Positions 42,837-53,261 of a DNA stretch of 64,000 nt are shown here, piece by piece. Source of the stretch: Candidatus Omnitrophota bacterium (lineage in GTDB: Bacteria > Omnitrophota > Gorgyraeia > B26-G9); NCBI GenBank assembly GCA_018817585.1, contig JAHITE010000081.1, positions 4,549 through 68,548 on the forward strand, written 5' to 3'. Numbering within the stretch: the first letter of the stretch is position 1; every line of letters begins with the position of its first letter. A program made the translations under genes and the position numbers. Under the pieces are notes generated by a model, which saw nothing but the letters and a program-made list of their open reading frames with translations, was not told where the DNA came from and did not search any database.

Positions 42837-44792
42837 ATGATATACGACGCGTTTCAAAAACGAGCAATTAATAGTACTGACAGCGGCAATTCAGTAATTG
42901 TCTGTGCCCCAACAGGCGCGGGAAAAACAGCTATTGCCGAATATGTTATTGAAAAATGCATAGCTGAAAACAAGGGGATTGTTTATACTGCTCCGATCAA
43001 AGCACTCTCCAATCAGAAATTTCGCGATTTTTCCCGAAAATACGGTAATCATATTGGAATACTCACTGGTGATGTCAGCTTAAACGCTAATGCCCCGATA
43101 TTGATCATGACTACTGAGATCTTCCGCAATACCTTACTGGAAGACCCCTTGCGCTTAAAAAACATATCCTGGGTTATTTTTGATGAAATCCATTATCTTG
43201 ACGATCCGGAACGAGGCACGGTTTGGGAAGAATCAATTATTTTTTGTCCGGAACACATAAAAATCCTAGCCTTGAGCGCAACGATTCCCAATGCGATCCA
43301 ATTATCTTCCTGGATTAGAAATATCCATAAACATCCGGTTGAAACCATTATCGAAAAAAAACGGCCAGTTCCCTTGCATCATTGTTTTCAGGCGCATAAC
43401 CGGGTTCTTGATAATTTTGAACAGCTTAAAAAAAATATTTACGAACAGGTAAAAAGAACTCATCCCCGTTCCAAAAAACACCATTCTTTTCAAAATTTTC
43501 GCCATGAAGAAAAAACTGCTTCGGCAAATAAGATATCCTCGCTTCTTCATCATTTACAGGAAAATGACAAGATGCCGGCAATCTACTTTGCTTTTAGCCG
43601 CAAACGCTGCGAAAAACTGGCTTTTGAAAGCAGAAATTTTAATTTTCTTGAAGATCAGGAACAAGCGGAATTAAAAGATATATTTGCTAATTTACTTAAA
43701 AAATACGGGTTAACGCAGGAGCCATCGGCAATTAGAATGCGCGGTTTAATTGAAAACGGAGTTGCTTATCATCATGCCGGATTATTGCCAAGTTTAAAAG
43801 AAGTTGTTGAACAATTATTTACCAGCCGGCTGATTAAACTTATCTTCACTACCGAGACTTTTGCTTTGGGAATTAACATGCCGGCAAGAACAGTAATTTT
43901 TGATGAACTCCGCAAGTTTTACGGTCAGTTCTTCGCTAATCTGCGTACCCGGGATTATTATCAAATGGCTGGCCGTGCCGGACGCCGCGGCATTGACACT
44001 GAAGGTTTTGTATACTCAAGGATAAATCCTCTGCGCATTGAACTAGACCAAATAAATAAAATGATCTTTGCTCAGCCGGAACCAGTACTCAGTCAATTCA
44101 ATTTATCTTATGCCAGTTTACTGCATCTTTATGGAACGTGGCAGGACCGCTTATATGAGGTCTATCCGCAAACTCTGCATTTTTATCAAGCGAATAAGCG
44201 CTCGCGGAAAAAAGCTTTGGAAATTTTACATACAAAGATAAGACTGCTTAAAGAAATGGACTATATCCGGGATCACAAGCTGACTGATAAAGGAAAGTTC
44301 GCCTCTTCTATTTATGGATATGAACTGCTTTTAACTGAGCTTTTCTTTTGCAGGGTGCTGGAAGAGTTGTCGAGCATTGATCTTAATATTGTGCTTACAT
44401 CTTTAGTTTTTGAACCAAGAAAAAATCAATTAAACATTAAACTCCCTCACCAGATTATTAAAATTAATAAAAAATTATCTCCGGTTGTTGAAGATATTTT
44501 AAAAATTGAAAAAAAACACAAGATCCGGCCGCTGACTAAAAAACCGTTCTTTAATCTTTCGGAAGCAGTAGAAAAATGGTCAACTAATGAATCGCTGGCT
44601 GTAATCACCGACGGAACGAATGCTGATCCCGGTGAAATAGTCAGATATTTTAGAATGGTAATCCAAATCCTCCGCCAATTGCGCGCTATCCCCTTTATCA
44701 GCAGTAATTTTAAGCAGAATATTTCCCGATCATTAGAAATGATCAATCGGGATGAAGTTGATGCTGAAAAACAATTAAGAGAAGGCCTCTAG
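42837..44792 (+). CDS. Ski2-like DExH-box RNA helicase (HelY-like)
   Basis: APTGAGKT, YTAPIKALSNQK, MTTEIFRN, DEIH, LSAT, HHAG, TETFALGINMPA, QMAGRAGRRG. Start ATG 42837 (or GTG 42831). Confidence 0.93.
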   Translation: MIYDAFQKRAINSTDSGNSVIVCAPTGAGKTAIAEYVIEKCIAENKGIVYTAPIKALSNQKFRDFSRKYGNHIGILTGDVSLNANAPILIMTTEIFRNTLLEDPLRLKNISWVIFDEIHYLDDPERGTVWEESIIFCPEHIKILALSATIPNAIQLSSWIRNIHKHPVETIIEKKRPVPLHHCFQAHNRVLDNFEQLKKNIYEQVKRTHPRSKKHHSFQNFRHEEKTASANKISSLLHHLQENDKMPAIYFAFSRKRCEKLAFESRNFNFLEDQEQAELKDIFANLLKKYGLTQEPSAIRMRGLIENGVAYHHAGLLPSLKEVVEQLFTSRLIKLIFTTETFALGINMPARTVIFDELRKFYGQFFANLRTRDYYQMAGRAGRRGIDTEGFVYSRINPLRIELDQINKMIFAQPEPVLSQFNLSYASLLHLYGTWQDRLYEVYPQTLHFYQANKRSRKKALEILHTKIRLLKEMDYIRDHKLTDKGKFASSIYGYELLLTELFFCRVLEELSSIDLNIVLTSLVFEPRKNQLNIKLPHQIIKINKKLSPVVEDILKIEKKHKIRPLTKKPFFNLSEAVEKWSTNESLAVITDGTNADPGEIVRYFRMVIQILRQLRAIPFISSNFKQNISRSLEMINRDEVDAEKQLREGL

Positions 44793-44796
44793 ATAT

Positions 44797-45300
44797 TTAC
44801 TCTTGATTCAGAGTAATGTCCTGTTGCGGTAAATTCCCAACCACAAATATTCTCATCGCCGGCAAACTAAGCGGATTCTTATATCCGTTATATTTTATAT
44901 TAATATCGTAATTACCCGGAGTTTCTGGTAAAAATTTGGCTGTAAATTTAATTCTTTTCTTGGGATAAAGCCGGATGTTTTCTAATTTTAAGCCGTAAAT
45001 ACTCAGCATCTTATCTTTTTTACCATCAGGAGCAACGATTTCAAACATAAATGATGATTTATCAATAGCCGGTTCAACAATATCAATCGGTTCTGCTGTC
45101 TTATTTTTAAGATAAACCGTAATCATTACTTCCTGGTCTAGTTTATAAATCATCTTGTCGATTTTTGCCTGCATAGACAGACCACTATTATTACCAAATA
45201 GCTCCTGATCATTTAAAGAAAAACACTGATTTGTTAATCCCGCAAAAATTAAGAAACTTAAAACAATCAACAATCCTCTTCTTAACACTATCTGGCTCAT
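44797..45300 (-). CDS. Hypothetical exported protein (beta-sandwich-like)
   Basis: Signal-peptide-like N-terminus, AGGGGGA SD, Ig-like pattern (ITVYLKN, PGNY.I). Confidence 0.6.
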   Translation of the reverse strand: MSQIVLRRGLLIVLSFLIFAGLTNQCFSLNDQELFGNNSGLSMQAKIDKMIYKLDQEVMITVYLKNKTAEPIDIVEPAIDKSSFMFEIVAPDGKKDKMLSIYGLKLENIRLYPKKRIKFTAKFLPETPGNYDINIKYNGYKNPLSLPAMRIFVVGNLPQQDITLNQE

Positions 45301-45311
45301 TCATCCCCCTG

Positions 45312-46484
45312 CTATTTTTTTATGCAACTATCAACAAAGATTTTTATACATTTAATTGCTTCCTGCAGTTTTGAATAATTTGTCGCGTATGATATCCGGA
45401 TATGCTGATCATAATCTTTACCAAAAGCAACTCCCGGGACAACTGCGACTTTTTGCTGTTTTAAAAGCTTATTGGCAAAATCAAGAGAACTAAGTCCGGT
45501 TTTTTTAATTGAAGGAAAAATATAAAAAGCGCCCTGCGGCATATCGCAGGAAAGGCCGATTTCATTTAATCCCTGATGCATGAGATCTCTTCGGCGATTG
45601 TACTCCTTTTTCATATCTTCTAAACTTTTTTTACCAGTTTGTAAAGCTTCGCAGGCAGCCATTTGGCTGAGGATCGGAGCGCAAAGAATCGTATATTGGT
45701 GGATTTTAGTCATTGCCGCGATTATTGATTTTGGACCACAGGCATACCCCACTCTCCATCCGGTCATAGCATAAGCTTTAGAAAAACCATTAAGATATAA
45801 TGTATTTGCTTGAGCGCCGCTTAAACAGGGAAAAGGAATATGCTTTCCCGTATAAGTCAAATCACCATAAACCTCGTCGCTAATAACTACTAAATTATGT
45901 TTCAGGCAAACCCGGCTGATCGATTCCAGCTCTTTTTTATTATAAGTAACCCCGGTAGGATTAGAAGGATAATTTAAGATTATTCCTTTTGTTTTATTAT
46001 TACAAGCTTTTTCCAGCTTGGCCGCGGTTATTTTAAAACCTTCTTTTGCCGTAGTTGGTAAATACACCGGAACGCCGCCGGCCAACTCAACTACCGGCCC
46101 ATAAGAAACATAACATGGCTCAGGAATAATAACCTGATCCCCTGGGTTTAAAATCGCCCGCACAGCCAAATCCAGCGCTTCGCTTACCCCGACAGTAATC
46201 AGAATATCATCATCCGGAGAATAATTTAAACCATAAAGCTGTTTTAGCGATCTTTGAATCAATAATCTGAGTTTATATAAACCTTTATTTGAAGTATATG
46301 AGGTATAGCCCTGCTCCAGAGAAAAAATTCCAGTTTCTCGGATATTCCAGGGAGTTACAAAATCCGGTTCCCCCACACCCAGACTAATAACATCCTTCAT
46401 TCCCAGCACAAGATCAAAAAAAGCTCTGATTCCCGAAGGAGCTAATTTTTCAACTTTATCTGCTACAAAATTTTTATTCTTCAC
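45312..46484 (-). CDS. Class I/II PLP aminotransferase (YugH/AlaT-like)
   Basis: PSGIR.FFD, LGVGEPDF.TP, NYPSNPTG, SDEVY, NGFSKAYAMTGWRVG. Confidence 0.93.
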   Translation of the reverse strand: MKNKNFVADKVEKLAPSGIRAFFDLVLGMKDVISLGVGEPDFVTPWNIRETGIFSLEQGYTSYTSNKGLYKLRLLIQRSLKQLYGLNYSPDDDILITVGVSEALDLAVRAILNPGDQVIIPEPCYVSYGPVVELAGGVPVYLPTTAKEGFKITAAKLEKACNNKTKGIILNYPSNPTGVTYNKKELESISRVCLKHNLVVISDEVYGDLTYTGKHIPFPCLSGAQANTLYLNGFSKAYAMTGWRVGYACGPKSIIAAMTKIHQYTILCAPILSQMAACEALQTGKKSLEDMKKEYNRRRDLMHQGLNEIGLSCDMPQGAFYIFPSIKKTGLSSLDFANKLLKQQKVAVVPGVAFGKDYDQHIRISYATNYSKLQEAIKCIKIFVDSCIKK

Positions 46485-46510
46485 GAAATTCTCCGCTTGC
46501 TGCTGTTAAT

Positions 46511-46996
46511 TTAATATGAAATCGCGATACGTTTATTTTCTTCTTTGCGTTTTAAAATCACTCCGTCTTCTTTATATTTTTTCAGCAGAAAATGAGTAAC
46601 TGTTCCGCGAACATTTTCCATCGGAGAAAGTTTTTCCGCCACAAAATTTGATATTGTCTGCATGTCTTTGCCTTCTACGATTAAAAGTAAATCATATGTT
46701 CCTGAAAGCAGAGAACAACTAGCAACTTCCGGAAACTGGTAAATCCGTTCGGCAATATGATCAAAACCCAGATTTTTTTGCGGCAGGATATTTACTTCGA
46801 TCAAAGCTCTTAATTCATTATTTTTTTTCACAACTAGTTCTTTATTTACAATTGTTTTATATTTAAGAATAACCCCGTCTTTTTCAAATTTATTAATTTG
46901 TTTTTTTACGGTTTTCACATCCTGCTTAATTAACCGGGCAATTTCCTCAGGAGTGGTTCTCGCGTCTTTTTCTAGAATTTCTAGGATTCTATCCAT
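46511..46996 (-). CDS. Lrp/AsnC family regulator (YugG/AlaR-like)
   Basis: N-terminal HTH, GFD.IAERI..FPEV, SGTYDL, THFLLKKYK; paired with the aminotransferase. Confidence 0.9.
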   Translation of the reverse strand: MDRILEILEKDARTTPEEIARLIKQDVKTVKKQINKFEKDGVILKYKTIVNKELVVKKNNELRALIEVNILPQKNLGFDHIAERIYQFPEVASCSLLSGTYDLLLIVEGKDMQTISNFVAEKLSPMENVRGTVTHFLLKKYKEDGVILKRKEENKRIAISY

Positions 46997-46997
46997 T

Positions 46998-47237
46998 TCA
47001 ATTCTCCTCTTCCATCCGGGCTAAAACTTCGCCAACCGCGACTGATTCTCCTTCTAAAGAAATAATCTCTGTTATAACCCCGGCACATGGCGCTGCCACA
47101 TTAAAAGTGCTTTTTTCAGTAGTAACTTCTACAATATCAGCACCTTTCTCCACATGTTCCCCTGCTTCCACATGCCAAAATGATATAGTCGCCTCTTCAA
47201 TATCCTCTCCCAAACTCGGCATTACTACTTCCTGCAT
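46998..47237 (-). CDS. Stand-alone lipoyl-domain protein
   Basis: MPSLGE.IEEATI..W....G..V..G..IVEV.TEKS, with the lipoyl-Lys; AGGAGG SD. Confidence 0.88.
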   Translation of the reverse strand: MQEVVMPSLGEDIEEATISFWHVEAGEHVEKGADIVEVTTEKSTFNVAAPCAGVITEIISLEGESVAVGEVLARMEEEN

Positions 47238-47361
47238 TTTAATTCCTCCTGTTTATCTTAAATTTTTTTATCAAAATTAATAGGCTTAACATTATTAATC
47301 CTAACATGATAACGTTTTTTTTTCAAGCTGCATTTTTATTAGATCAAACTTTTTATTGTTC

Positions 47362-48750
47362 TTATCTTATCAAGTGAATCGCCTGACCATCTGAATCCAA
47401 AGCAGCTTCCATGATTGATTCCGAAACCGTAGGATGCGCGTAGATAATCCCAGCCAACTGTTTTACAGTTAAATCCGCGTTCATCGCCACCGCGATTTCA
47501 TGCACAATTTCAGTCGCCATCGGTCCAGATAAACAAGCCCCGATTATTCGATCATCACTAGCTTGAACAATAATTTTTATCATCCCTTTTGAATCATCTT
47601 CAATTAAAGCCCGACCTGAGGCAAGTAAAGGAAATTTGCCTATTTTAATTTTTAAGCCTTGTTTTTCCGCCTGTTCCTGAGATATACCAATACTGGCAAT
47701 CTCCGGATGAGAATAAACACAGCGCGGAATATTAGCGTAATTCATCCGCGACGCGTTTCCCGCAATATTTTCCGCGACAATAATCCCCTGATGACTGGCA
47801 ACATGCGCTAAAAAGTTTTTGCCCACAGCATCCCCAATCGCATATATCGTACTGATACTTGTCTGCATCTGCTCGTTTACCTTAATTCTTCCGTCAAGCA
47901 TATCTAATCCCAGATTTTCCAAACCGCAGTTATCAATATTCGGAATCCTGCCCACGCTTAAAAGAACTTTTTCCGCGCTTAGTTCCTGTCCCTGCGAAAG
48001 TTTTATTAAAAGCTCCTGGCTATTTGATGATTTGCTGACTGATTCAACTTTGCCTTGGGTAAATATTTTGATTTTTCGTTTTTTAAAATCATTGGTCAAA
48101 ACCCGGACAATATCTTTATCTTCATTAGGTAAAAGCCGCTCAGCGACTTCGATAATCGTTACTTCACTACCCAAAGCCGCGTAAATATCCGCAAATTCAC
48201 AACCAATAACCCCGCCGCCGATAATCAGCAGACTTTTCGGAACATGGGTAAAGCTCAGTCCCCCGCGATTAGAAACAATGCCCAGAGCATCATCAAATTT
48301 AATATTTTTTAATTCCGCGGGATAAGAACCTGTAGCAATAACGCATTTATCAAAATTAATCACTTCACCCTGAACATCAATCCGGTTTTTGTCCAAAAAC
48401 CTGCCTTGGCCCTTAACTATCCGCACCTTACGTTTTTGCAGTAGAAACTCAATCCCTTTTGTCAGCTTATCCACTATTTCTTTTTTTCTTTGCTGCACAG
48501 CCGAAAAATCAAGTTCAATACTGCCGGGTTTTATTTTAACACCAAATATCTCGGATTTTTTAAGAGAATCAAAAAAATGCGCGCTTTTTAATAAACTTTT
48601 GGTAGGAATACAGCCCCAATTAAGACATACTCCGCCAATTTTTTCTTTTTCAATCAAACAAACTGATTGACCCAAAGCCGCGGCGCGCAAAGCCGCGGTA
48701 TATCCTCCGGGACCAGAACCTAAGACTACTAAACCATATTTATTTTCCAT
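47362..48750 (-). CDS. lpdA: Dihydrolipoyl dehydrogenase
   Basis: GSGPGGY.AA, GGVCLNWGCIPTK, GGGVIG.E, HPTVSE. Confidence 0.96.
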   Translation of the reverse strand: MENKYGLVVLGSGPGGYTAALRAAALGQSVCLIEKEKIGGVCLNWGCIPTKSLLKSAHFFDSLKKSEIFGVKIKPGSIELDFSAVQQRKKEIVDKLTKGIEFLLQKRKVRIVKGQGRFLDKNRIDVQGEVINFDKCVIATGSYPAELKNIKFDDALGIVSNRGGLSFTHVPKSLLIIGGGVIGCEFADIYAALGSEVTIIEVAERLLPNEDKDIVRVLTNDFKKRKIKIFTQGKVESVSKSSNSQELLIKLSQGQELSAEKVLLSVGRIPNIDNCGLENLGLDMLDGRIKVNEQMQTSISTIYAIGDAVGKNFLAHVASHQGIIVAENIAGNASRMNYANIPRCVYSHPEIASIGISQEQAEKQGLKIKIGKFPLLASGRALIEDDSKGMIKIIVQASDDRIIGACLSGPMATEIVHEIAVAMNADLTVKQLAGIIYAHPTVSESIMEAALDSDGQAIHLIR

Positions 48751-48768
48751 ACAATCACCGCCAGTAGA

Positions 48769-50451
48769 TTACATTTTATCCGGAGCACTTACACCCAAAA
48801 GCTTTAAGCCAATAGCAATAACCTGCCGAACACAGCCAATTAAAACTAAACGGGCTCGGCTAAGCTCCCCTTTACTCTCATCAAAAACCCGATGTTTACT
48901 GTAAAACCCGTGAAAATCCGCGGCAAGCTGTCTTAAATAAGTTGTCAAAGCCTGGGGATCTAAAGTTAACGCGCAAAGCTCAAGAACATCAGAAAAAGCA
49001 TTCATCCGGCGGATTAGATCCAGGCATTCCTGTTCAGCAAGCAAATCAAAATTAATTTCAATATTTTCCAGCTCAGATTTAAACTGATTAGCAGATTCAA
49101 AAATACTGCAAATCCTGGCATGAGCGTACTGAACATAATAAACCGGGTTATCCATACTATGTTTTTTAGCCAGTTCCAGATCAAAATCCAGTTGGGAGTC
49201 ACAGCGGCGCATTAAAAAGAAAAACCGGGCAGCATCACAGCCGACTTCCTCGATTAATTCCTCAAGAGTAATGTATTCACCAGCCCGCGTGGACATTTTC
49301 ACCGGCTTACCAGCCCGCGATAAAGTTGCCAGCTGAATAATTAGAACCTCTAAATCAGCTTTATTATGCCCTAAAGCACAGGCAGCGGCTTTAATCCGGT
49401 TTATATAACCATGATGATCCGGACCTAAAATATCAATCAGTTTGTCAAAGCCTCGATCAAATTTCATTTTATGATACGCGATATCCGGGGTCAGATAAGT
49501 AAACAGCCCATCGCTTTTAATCACTACCCGGTCTTTATCATCACCAAACTCTGTTGATTTAAACCAGGTTGCTCCATCGAGTTCATAAATTAAATTTTTA
49601 TTTTTCAACTCAGTTAACACCTGATTTATTTTATCATTAGTCACATGGTCTTTCTGACTAAACCATTGATCAAATTCAACCCCAAAATCTTTTAGTTCCT
49701 GCTCTATTCCCTGAAGAATTGAGTTTGCCGCGAACTCCGCAAACTTTTTTACTGTCTGCTCACTGTTATCATTTAAAAAATTAGAGCCCTCAGCATCAAT
49801 CATCTTCTGAGCTAATTCAATTAAATAATCCCCCTTATATCCCTGCTCGGGAAAATCAATATCTTTTTTTCCTAATTTTTCCTGATAGCGAAACAGTAAG
49901 CTCAATCCGAGATTTCTAATTTGATTACCATAATCATTGATATAATACTCTTTAGACACAGTCTGTCCGCGAAAAGCAAGAATGCTGGCCAAACTCTCAC
50001 CCACGGCTGCTTGACGGGCATGCGCGATGCTCAAAGGTCCAGTAGGATTGGCACTGACAAATTCAATCAGGATTCGCTGTTTATTTTTTAAATTGGTTTT
50101 GCCAAAATCATTAGCTTGTTCCAAAATCATCCTAAGCACATCATGCATCGCGTTAGCGGAAAGGAAAATATTAATAAATCCCGGAGATTTTATTTCTATT
50201 TTAGCGATTTTACTTTCCATTTTTTTTTGCTTGAGTTTTTCCGCTAATTTTTCATTAAGAAACTTAGCAATTTCCAGCGGCGGTTTTTTGCAATCTTTTA
50301 CCAGCTTCATTGCCGTATTAACCGACCAATCGCCAAATTGAGGTTCTTTAGGATTTTCGATTTCAATCAAAACATCTTTATTAGTAAGCGCATGTTCCTG
50401 AATAATTTCCTTAATTGATTGAATAATTATATTTTTTAAGTCATAAGACAT
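48769..50451 (-). CDS. argS: Arginine--tRNA ligase
   Basis: EFVSANPTGPL, EYYIND.G.Q, GDDKDRV, GPDHHGY, KMSTRAG, YVQYAHARI, C-terminal APDKM. Start ATG at 50451. Confidence 0.97.
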   Translation of the reverse strand: MSYDLKNIIIQSIKEIIQEHALTNKDVLIEIENPKEPQFGDWSVNTAMKLVKDCKKPPLEIAKFLNEKLAEKLKQKKMESKIAKIEIKSPGFINIFLSANAMHDVLRMILEQANDFGKTNLKNKQRILIEFVSANPTGPLSIAHARQAAVGESLASILAFRGQTVSKEYYINDYGNQIRNLGLSLLFRYQEKLGKKDIDFPEQGYKGDYLIELAQKMIDAEGSNFLNDNSEQTVKKFAEFAANSILQGIEQELKDFGVEFDQWFSQKDHVTNDKINQVLTELKNKNLIYELDGATWFKSTEFGDDKDRVVIKSDGLFTYLTPDIAYHKMKFDRGFDKLIDILGPDHHGYINRIKAAACALGHNKADLEVLIIQLATLSRAGKPVKMSTRAGEYITLEELIEEVGCDAARFFFLMRRCDSQLDFDLELAKKHSMDNPVYYVQYAHARICSIFESANQFKSELENIEINFDLLAEQECLDLIRRMNAFSDVLELCALTLDPQALTTYLRQLAADFHGFYSKHRVFDESKGELSRARLVLIGCVRQVIAIGLKLLGVSAPDKM

Positions 50452-51163
50452 CAGAAGCCTCTCCCGCGATTTCAAACAAATCATTTCCCTTTTTCATTAA
50501 TTTAACAAAAACTTCGACAACCTTTGGATCAAATTGAGTGCCGCTAAAATTCTCCAGTTCAGCCAAGGCTTCTTCCTTACTTATCGGATCCCGATAAGGA
50601 CGCTTACCGGTCATCGCGTCAAAGCTATCGGCTACAGCCATTATTCTTGCTCCGATATCAATCTTGTCGCCTTTTATTCCATCAGGATATCCAGTACCAT
50701 CATAGCGTTCATGATGCTGTCTGACAATCAAAACTACTTTATCTAAAAAATGAAATGGCTTTAAAATTACTGCTCCGGCCAAAGCATGCAATTTCATTTC
50801 TTTAAATTCCTGCTCAGTGAGTTTGCCGGGTTTGGTCAGGATATTATCATGCACTCCGATTTTACCCAGATCATGAACCTGGCAGGCTTCTTTTATCGTA
50901 TCTATCTGCGCCTTAGACAAACCCATTTCTTTGGCAATCGCTAAGGCGTAATGTTTAACATTATCCGAATGATTTCTCGTCAGTTTGTCTTTAAAATCAA
51001 TTGCCGAAACCAGGGAATTGATCGTACGCATAACATTTCTCCGCTCAAGACGGCTCCATACCAGGCGGTGTCTAAGTCTTTCTTCTTTACGATATATCCG
51101 ATATCCAATAAAACTACCGATAAAAAAAGTCACAATGGGTAAAATATACGTCAATAAATCCAT
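50441..51163 (-). CDS. Membrane-anchored HD-GYP domain phosphodiesterase (c-di-GMP)
   Basis: N-terminal TM helix, HS..V, HDLGK, HHERYDGTGYP, ADSFDAM..RPYR, QFDP. Confidence 0.92.
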   Translation of the reverse strand: MDLLTYILPIVTFFIGSFIGYRIYRKEERLRHRLVWSRLERRNVMRTINSLVSAIDFKDKLTRNHSDNVKHYALAIAKEMGLSKAQIDTIKEACQVHDLGKIGVHDNILTKPGKLTEQEFKEMKLHALAGAVILKPFHFLDKVVLIVRQHHERYDGTGYPDGIKGDKIDIGARIMAVADSFDAMTGKRPYRDPISKEEALAELENFSGTQFDPKVVEVFVKLMKKGNDLFEIAGEASDVL

Positions 51164-51562
51164 TTACTTTTTCTTCGGCTCCCTTTTCTTTACTTCTTTT
51201 TTCTTTATTACCGGTTTTTCTATCGCTGTTTGCTTTAAATTAACTTTTTTACCCTTGCTCCATAAATTTTCTAAAGCGTAAAAATCACGCGCGTCCTGAT
51301 CAAAAATATGCACCAGCACACTGGCATAATCCAATACTATCCAGCGTGATTCTTGATAACCTTCCCGGGATTGCGCTTTAAATCCGTAATCTCTTAATGT
51401 TGAATTTATCTGGTCAGCAATCGCTTTAATATGGGTTGAAGAAGTCCCGGTACAAATAATAAAATAATCACAAAAAGTACATATTTTACGTAAATCTAAA
51501 ACAACAATATCTTCGGCTTTTACAGCTTCGGCCAGTTCAATAATTTTTTTTACTTTATCCAT
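51164..51562 (-). CDS. rsfS: Ribosome silencing factor
   Basis: KAEDIVVLD, DYFIICTG.S..H, WIVLDY..VLVHIF, R.FY.LE.LW. Confidence 0.95.
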   Translation of the reverse strand: MDKVKKIIELAEAVKAEDIVVLDLRKICTFCDYFIICTGTSSTHIKAIADQINSTLRDYGFKAQSREGYQESRWIVLDYASVLVHIFDQDARDFYALENLWSKGKKVNLKQTAIEKPVIKKKEVKKREPKKK

Positions 51563-51602
51563 GATAATTCGATCTCCTTTTTATTTTTTTAAACATACTC
51601 AA

Positions 51603-52607
51603 TCAGCTGACATCGCCTTCAATTTCCCCGACAATTTCCTCAATAAGATCCTCGAGAGTTGCCAGCCCCTGGGTCAGGCCTTTTTCATCTTTAACAATCG
51701 CCATATAAATATGAATTCTTTGAAATTCATGTAAAAGCTGACTAACCCGCATTCTGGTATTTACCACAAAAGGCTTATGCAATAAATCACGGATTATAAT
51801 CAAATCTTTATTTCGCCAAATGGTCAACAATTCTCGGGCGTATATTACTCCGACAATATTATTAATATCTCCATCATATACCGGAATCCGGGAATGACCT
51901 TCTTCTACAATTATATCGAGAATCGCGTCAGCACTGGAATTAATATCAATCGCGACAATTTTTTCAACCGGCATCATCACTTCATAAACTAAAGTATCAC
52001 CAAATTCGAAAATCCGGTGCAGCATGCTTCTTTCCCGGTCCGTTAAAACTCCTTCTTCCTTTCCCAGCTCAATCATCAACCGAATTTCTTCTTCAGTAAC
52101 CAAAGGAGAGCGTTTCGGCGGTTCATCACCCAGTATTTTTAAAAACAAATTGCTAACATTTAAGAAAACCCGGACAATCGGAGAAAGAATTTTAATTATT
52201 ATGTCCATTAGCCAGGCAACATGCAGCGCGACTTTCTCCGAATGTTTTACGGCAAAAATTTTCGGGGTAATTTCACCGGCAAAAAGCACTAGTAAAGTAA
52301 CCGCGATCGTTGAGATCGCGATTGAGCCAAAATTATTTCCCCAAAGTTTAATAAAAATCGCTGTGCCAATAGCGGAAATAGCGATATTTACAAAATTATT
52401 ACCAACCAGAATCGTGGTAATTAGTTTATCCATTTTATTTACAATTCGATAAACAGTTGAAGCATTTTTCCGGTTTTGACTGAGCAGATGCCGCAATCGC
52501 AGTTTATTCAAACTAACAAAAGCAACTTCTGACATTGCAAAAAAAGCAGAGAAAGCAACCAGAATAACTAAAACTATTGGTAATATGTACGTCAGATGTG
52601 AATCCAT
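51603..52607 (-). CDS. CNNM/hemolysin (CorB/TlyC-like) membrane protein with CBS pair
   Basis: SAFFAMSEVA, TILVGNNFVNI, GEITPK, HSRIPVY, TLEDLIEEIVGEI; ends without the CorC/HlyC domain. Confidence 0.9.
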   Translation of the reverse strand: MDSHLTYILPIVLVILVAFSAFFAMSEVAFVSLNKLRLRHLLSQNRKNASTVYRIVNKMDKLITTILVGNNFVNIAISAIGTAIFIKLWGNNFGSIAISTIAVTLLVLFAGEITPKIFAVKHSEKVALHVAWLMDIIIKILSPIVRVFLNVSNLFLKILGDEPPKRSPLVTEEEIRLMIELGKEEGVLTDRERSMLHRIFEFGDTLVYEVMMPVEKIVAIDINSSADAILDIIVEEGHSRIPVYDGDINNIVGVIYARELLTIWRNKDLIIIRDLLHKPFVVNTRMRVSQLLHEFQRIHIYMAIVKDEKGLTQGLATLEDLIEEIVGEIEGDVS

Positions 52608-52661
52608 TTTATTTCTTCTTTTCGTTTGATTTCAATTATTTAGTAAGCAAATCATGCTAAT

Positions 52662-53261
52662 CTATACCGCGTATAATTCATTTTGCTTAATAAATTCATT
52701 AACACTTGGCGGTACTGAATCATTAACCGCTAATCCCTGTTTAATCAATTCGCGAATATTTGTGCTCGATATATCAGGGTAAACTCCGTTTAAAATTATC
52801 GCGTTCTCCGGCAAATCAGCATTATCAAATTTTTCAAAATCAGGACGTTTGGCCACGACAAAACAACAAAGTTTAAAAATTTCATTGATCAAGCGCCAGG
52901 TTTTGAGTTCCGGGACTGAATCTGAACCAATAATAAAAAACACTTCCGCCTGCGGATAAATCCTTTTAATCCTATTTAATGTATCTACTGAATACGAAAC
53001 AGTTTGTTTTTTGATTTCGATATCGCTGACTGTATAGTTTTTATTATTCTTTACAGCCAACTGAATCATTTTATAGCGCAGTTTTGAATCAATTATATTC
53101 TGGAGATTCTTATGCGGCGGAACATGCGCTGGAATAAAAATTACCAGATCAAGTCCCACCTGTTCCTGAGCCGCGGCAGCAATTGCCAAATGGCCAAAAT
53201 GAACAGGATTAAAGGTTCCCCCGAAAATTCCGATACGCTTTTTAGGTCCTGATTTGTCCAT
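52662..53261 (-). CDS. nadD: Nicotinate-nucleotide adenylyltransferase
   Basis: GGTFNPVHFGH, PPHK, IIGSD, ISSTNIR. Confidence 0.96.
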   Translation of the reverse strand: MDKSGPKKRIGIFGGTFNPVHFGHLAIAAAAQEQVGLDLVIFIPAHVPPHKNLQNIIDSKLRYKMIQLAVKNNKNYTVSDIEIKKQTVSYSVDTLNRIKRIYPQAEVFFIIGSDSVPELKTWRLINEIFKLCCFVVAKRPDFEKFDNADLPENAIILNGVYPDISSTNIRELIKQGLAVNDSVPPSVNEFIKQNELYAV

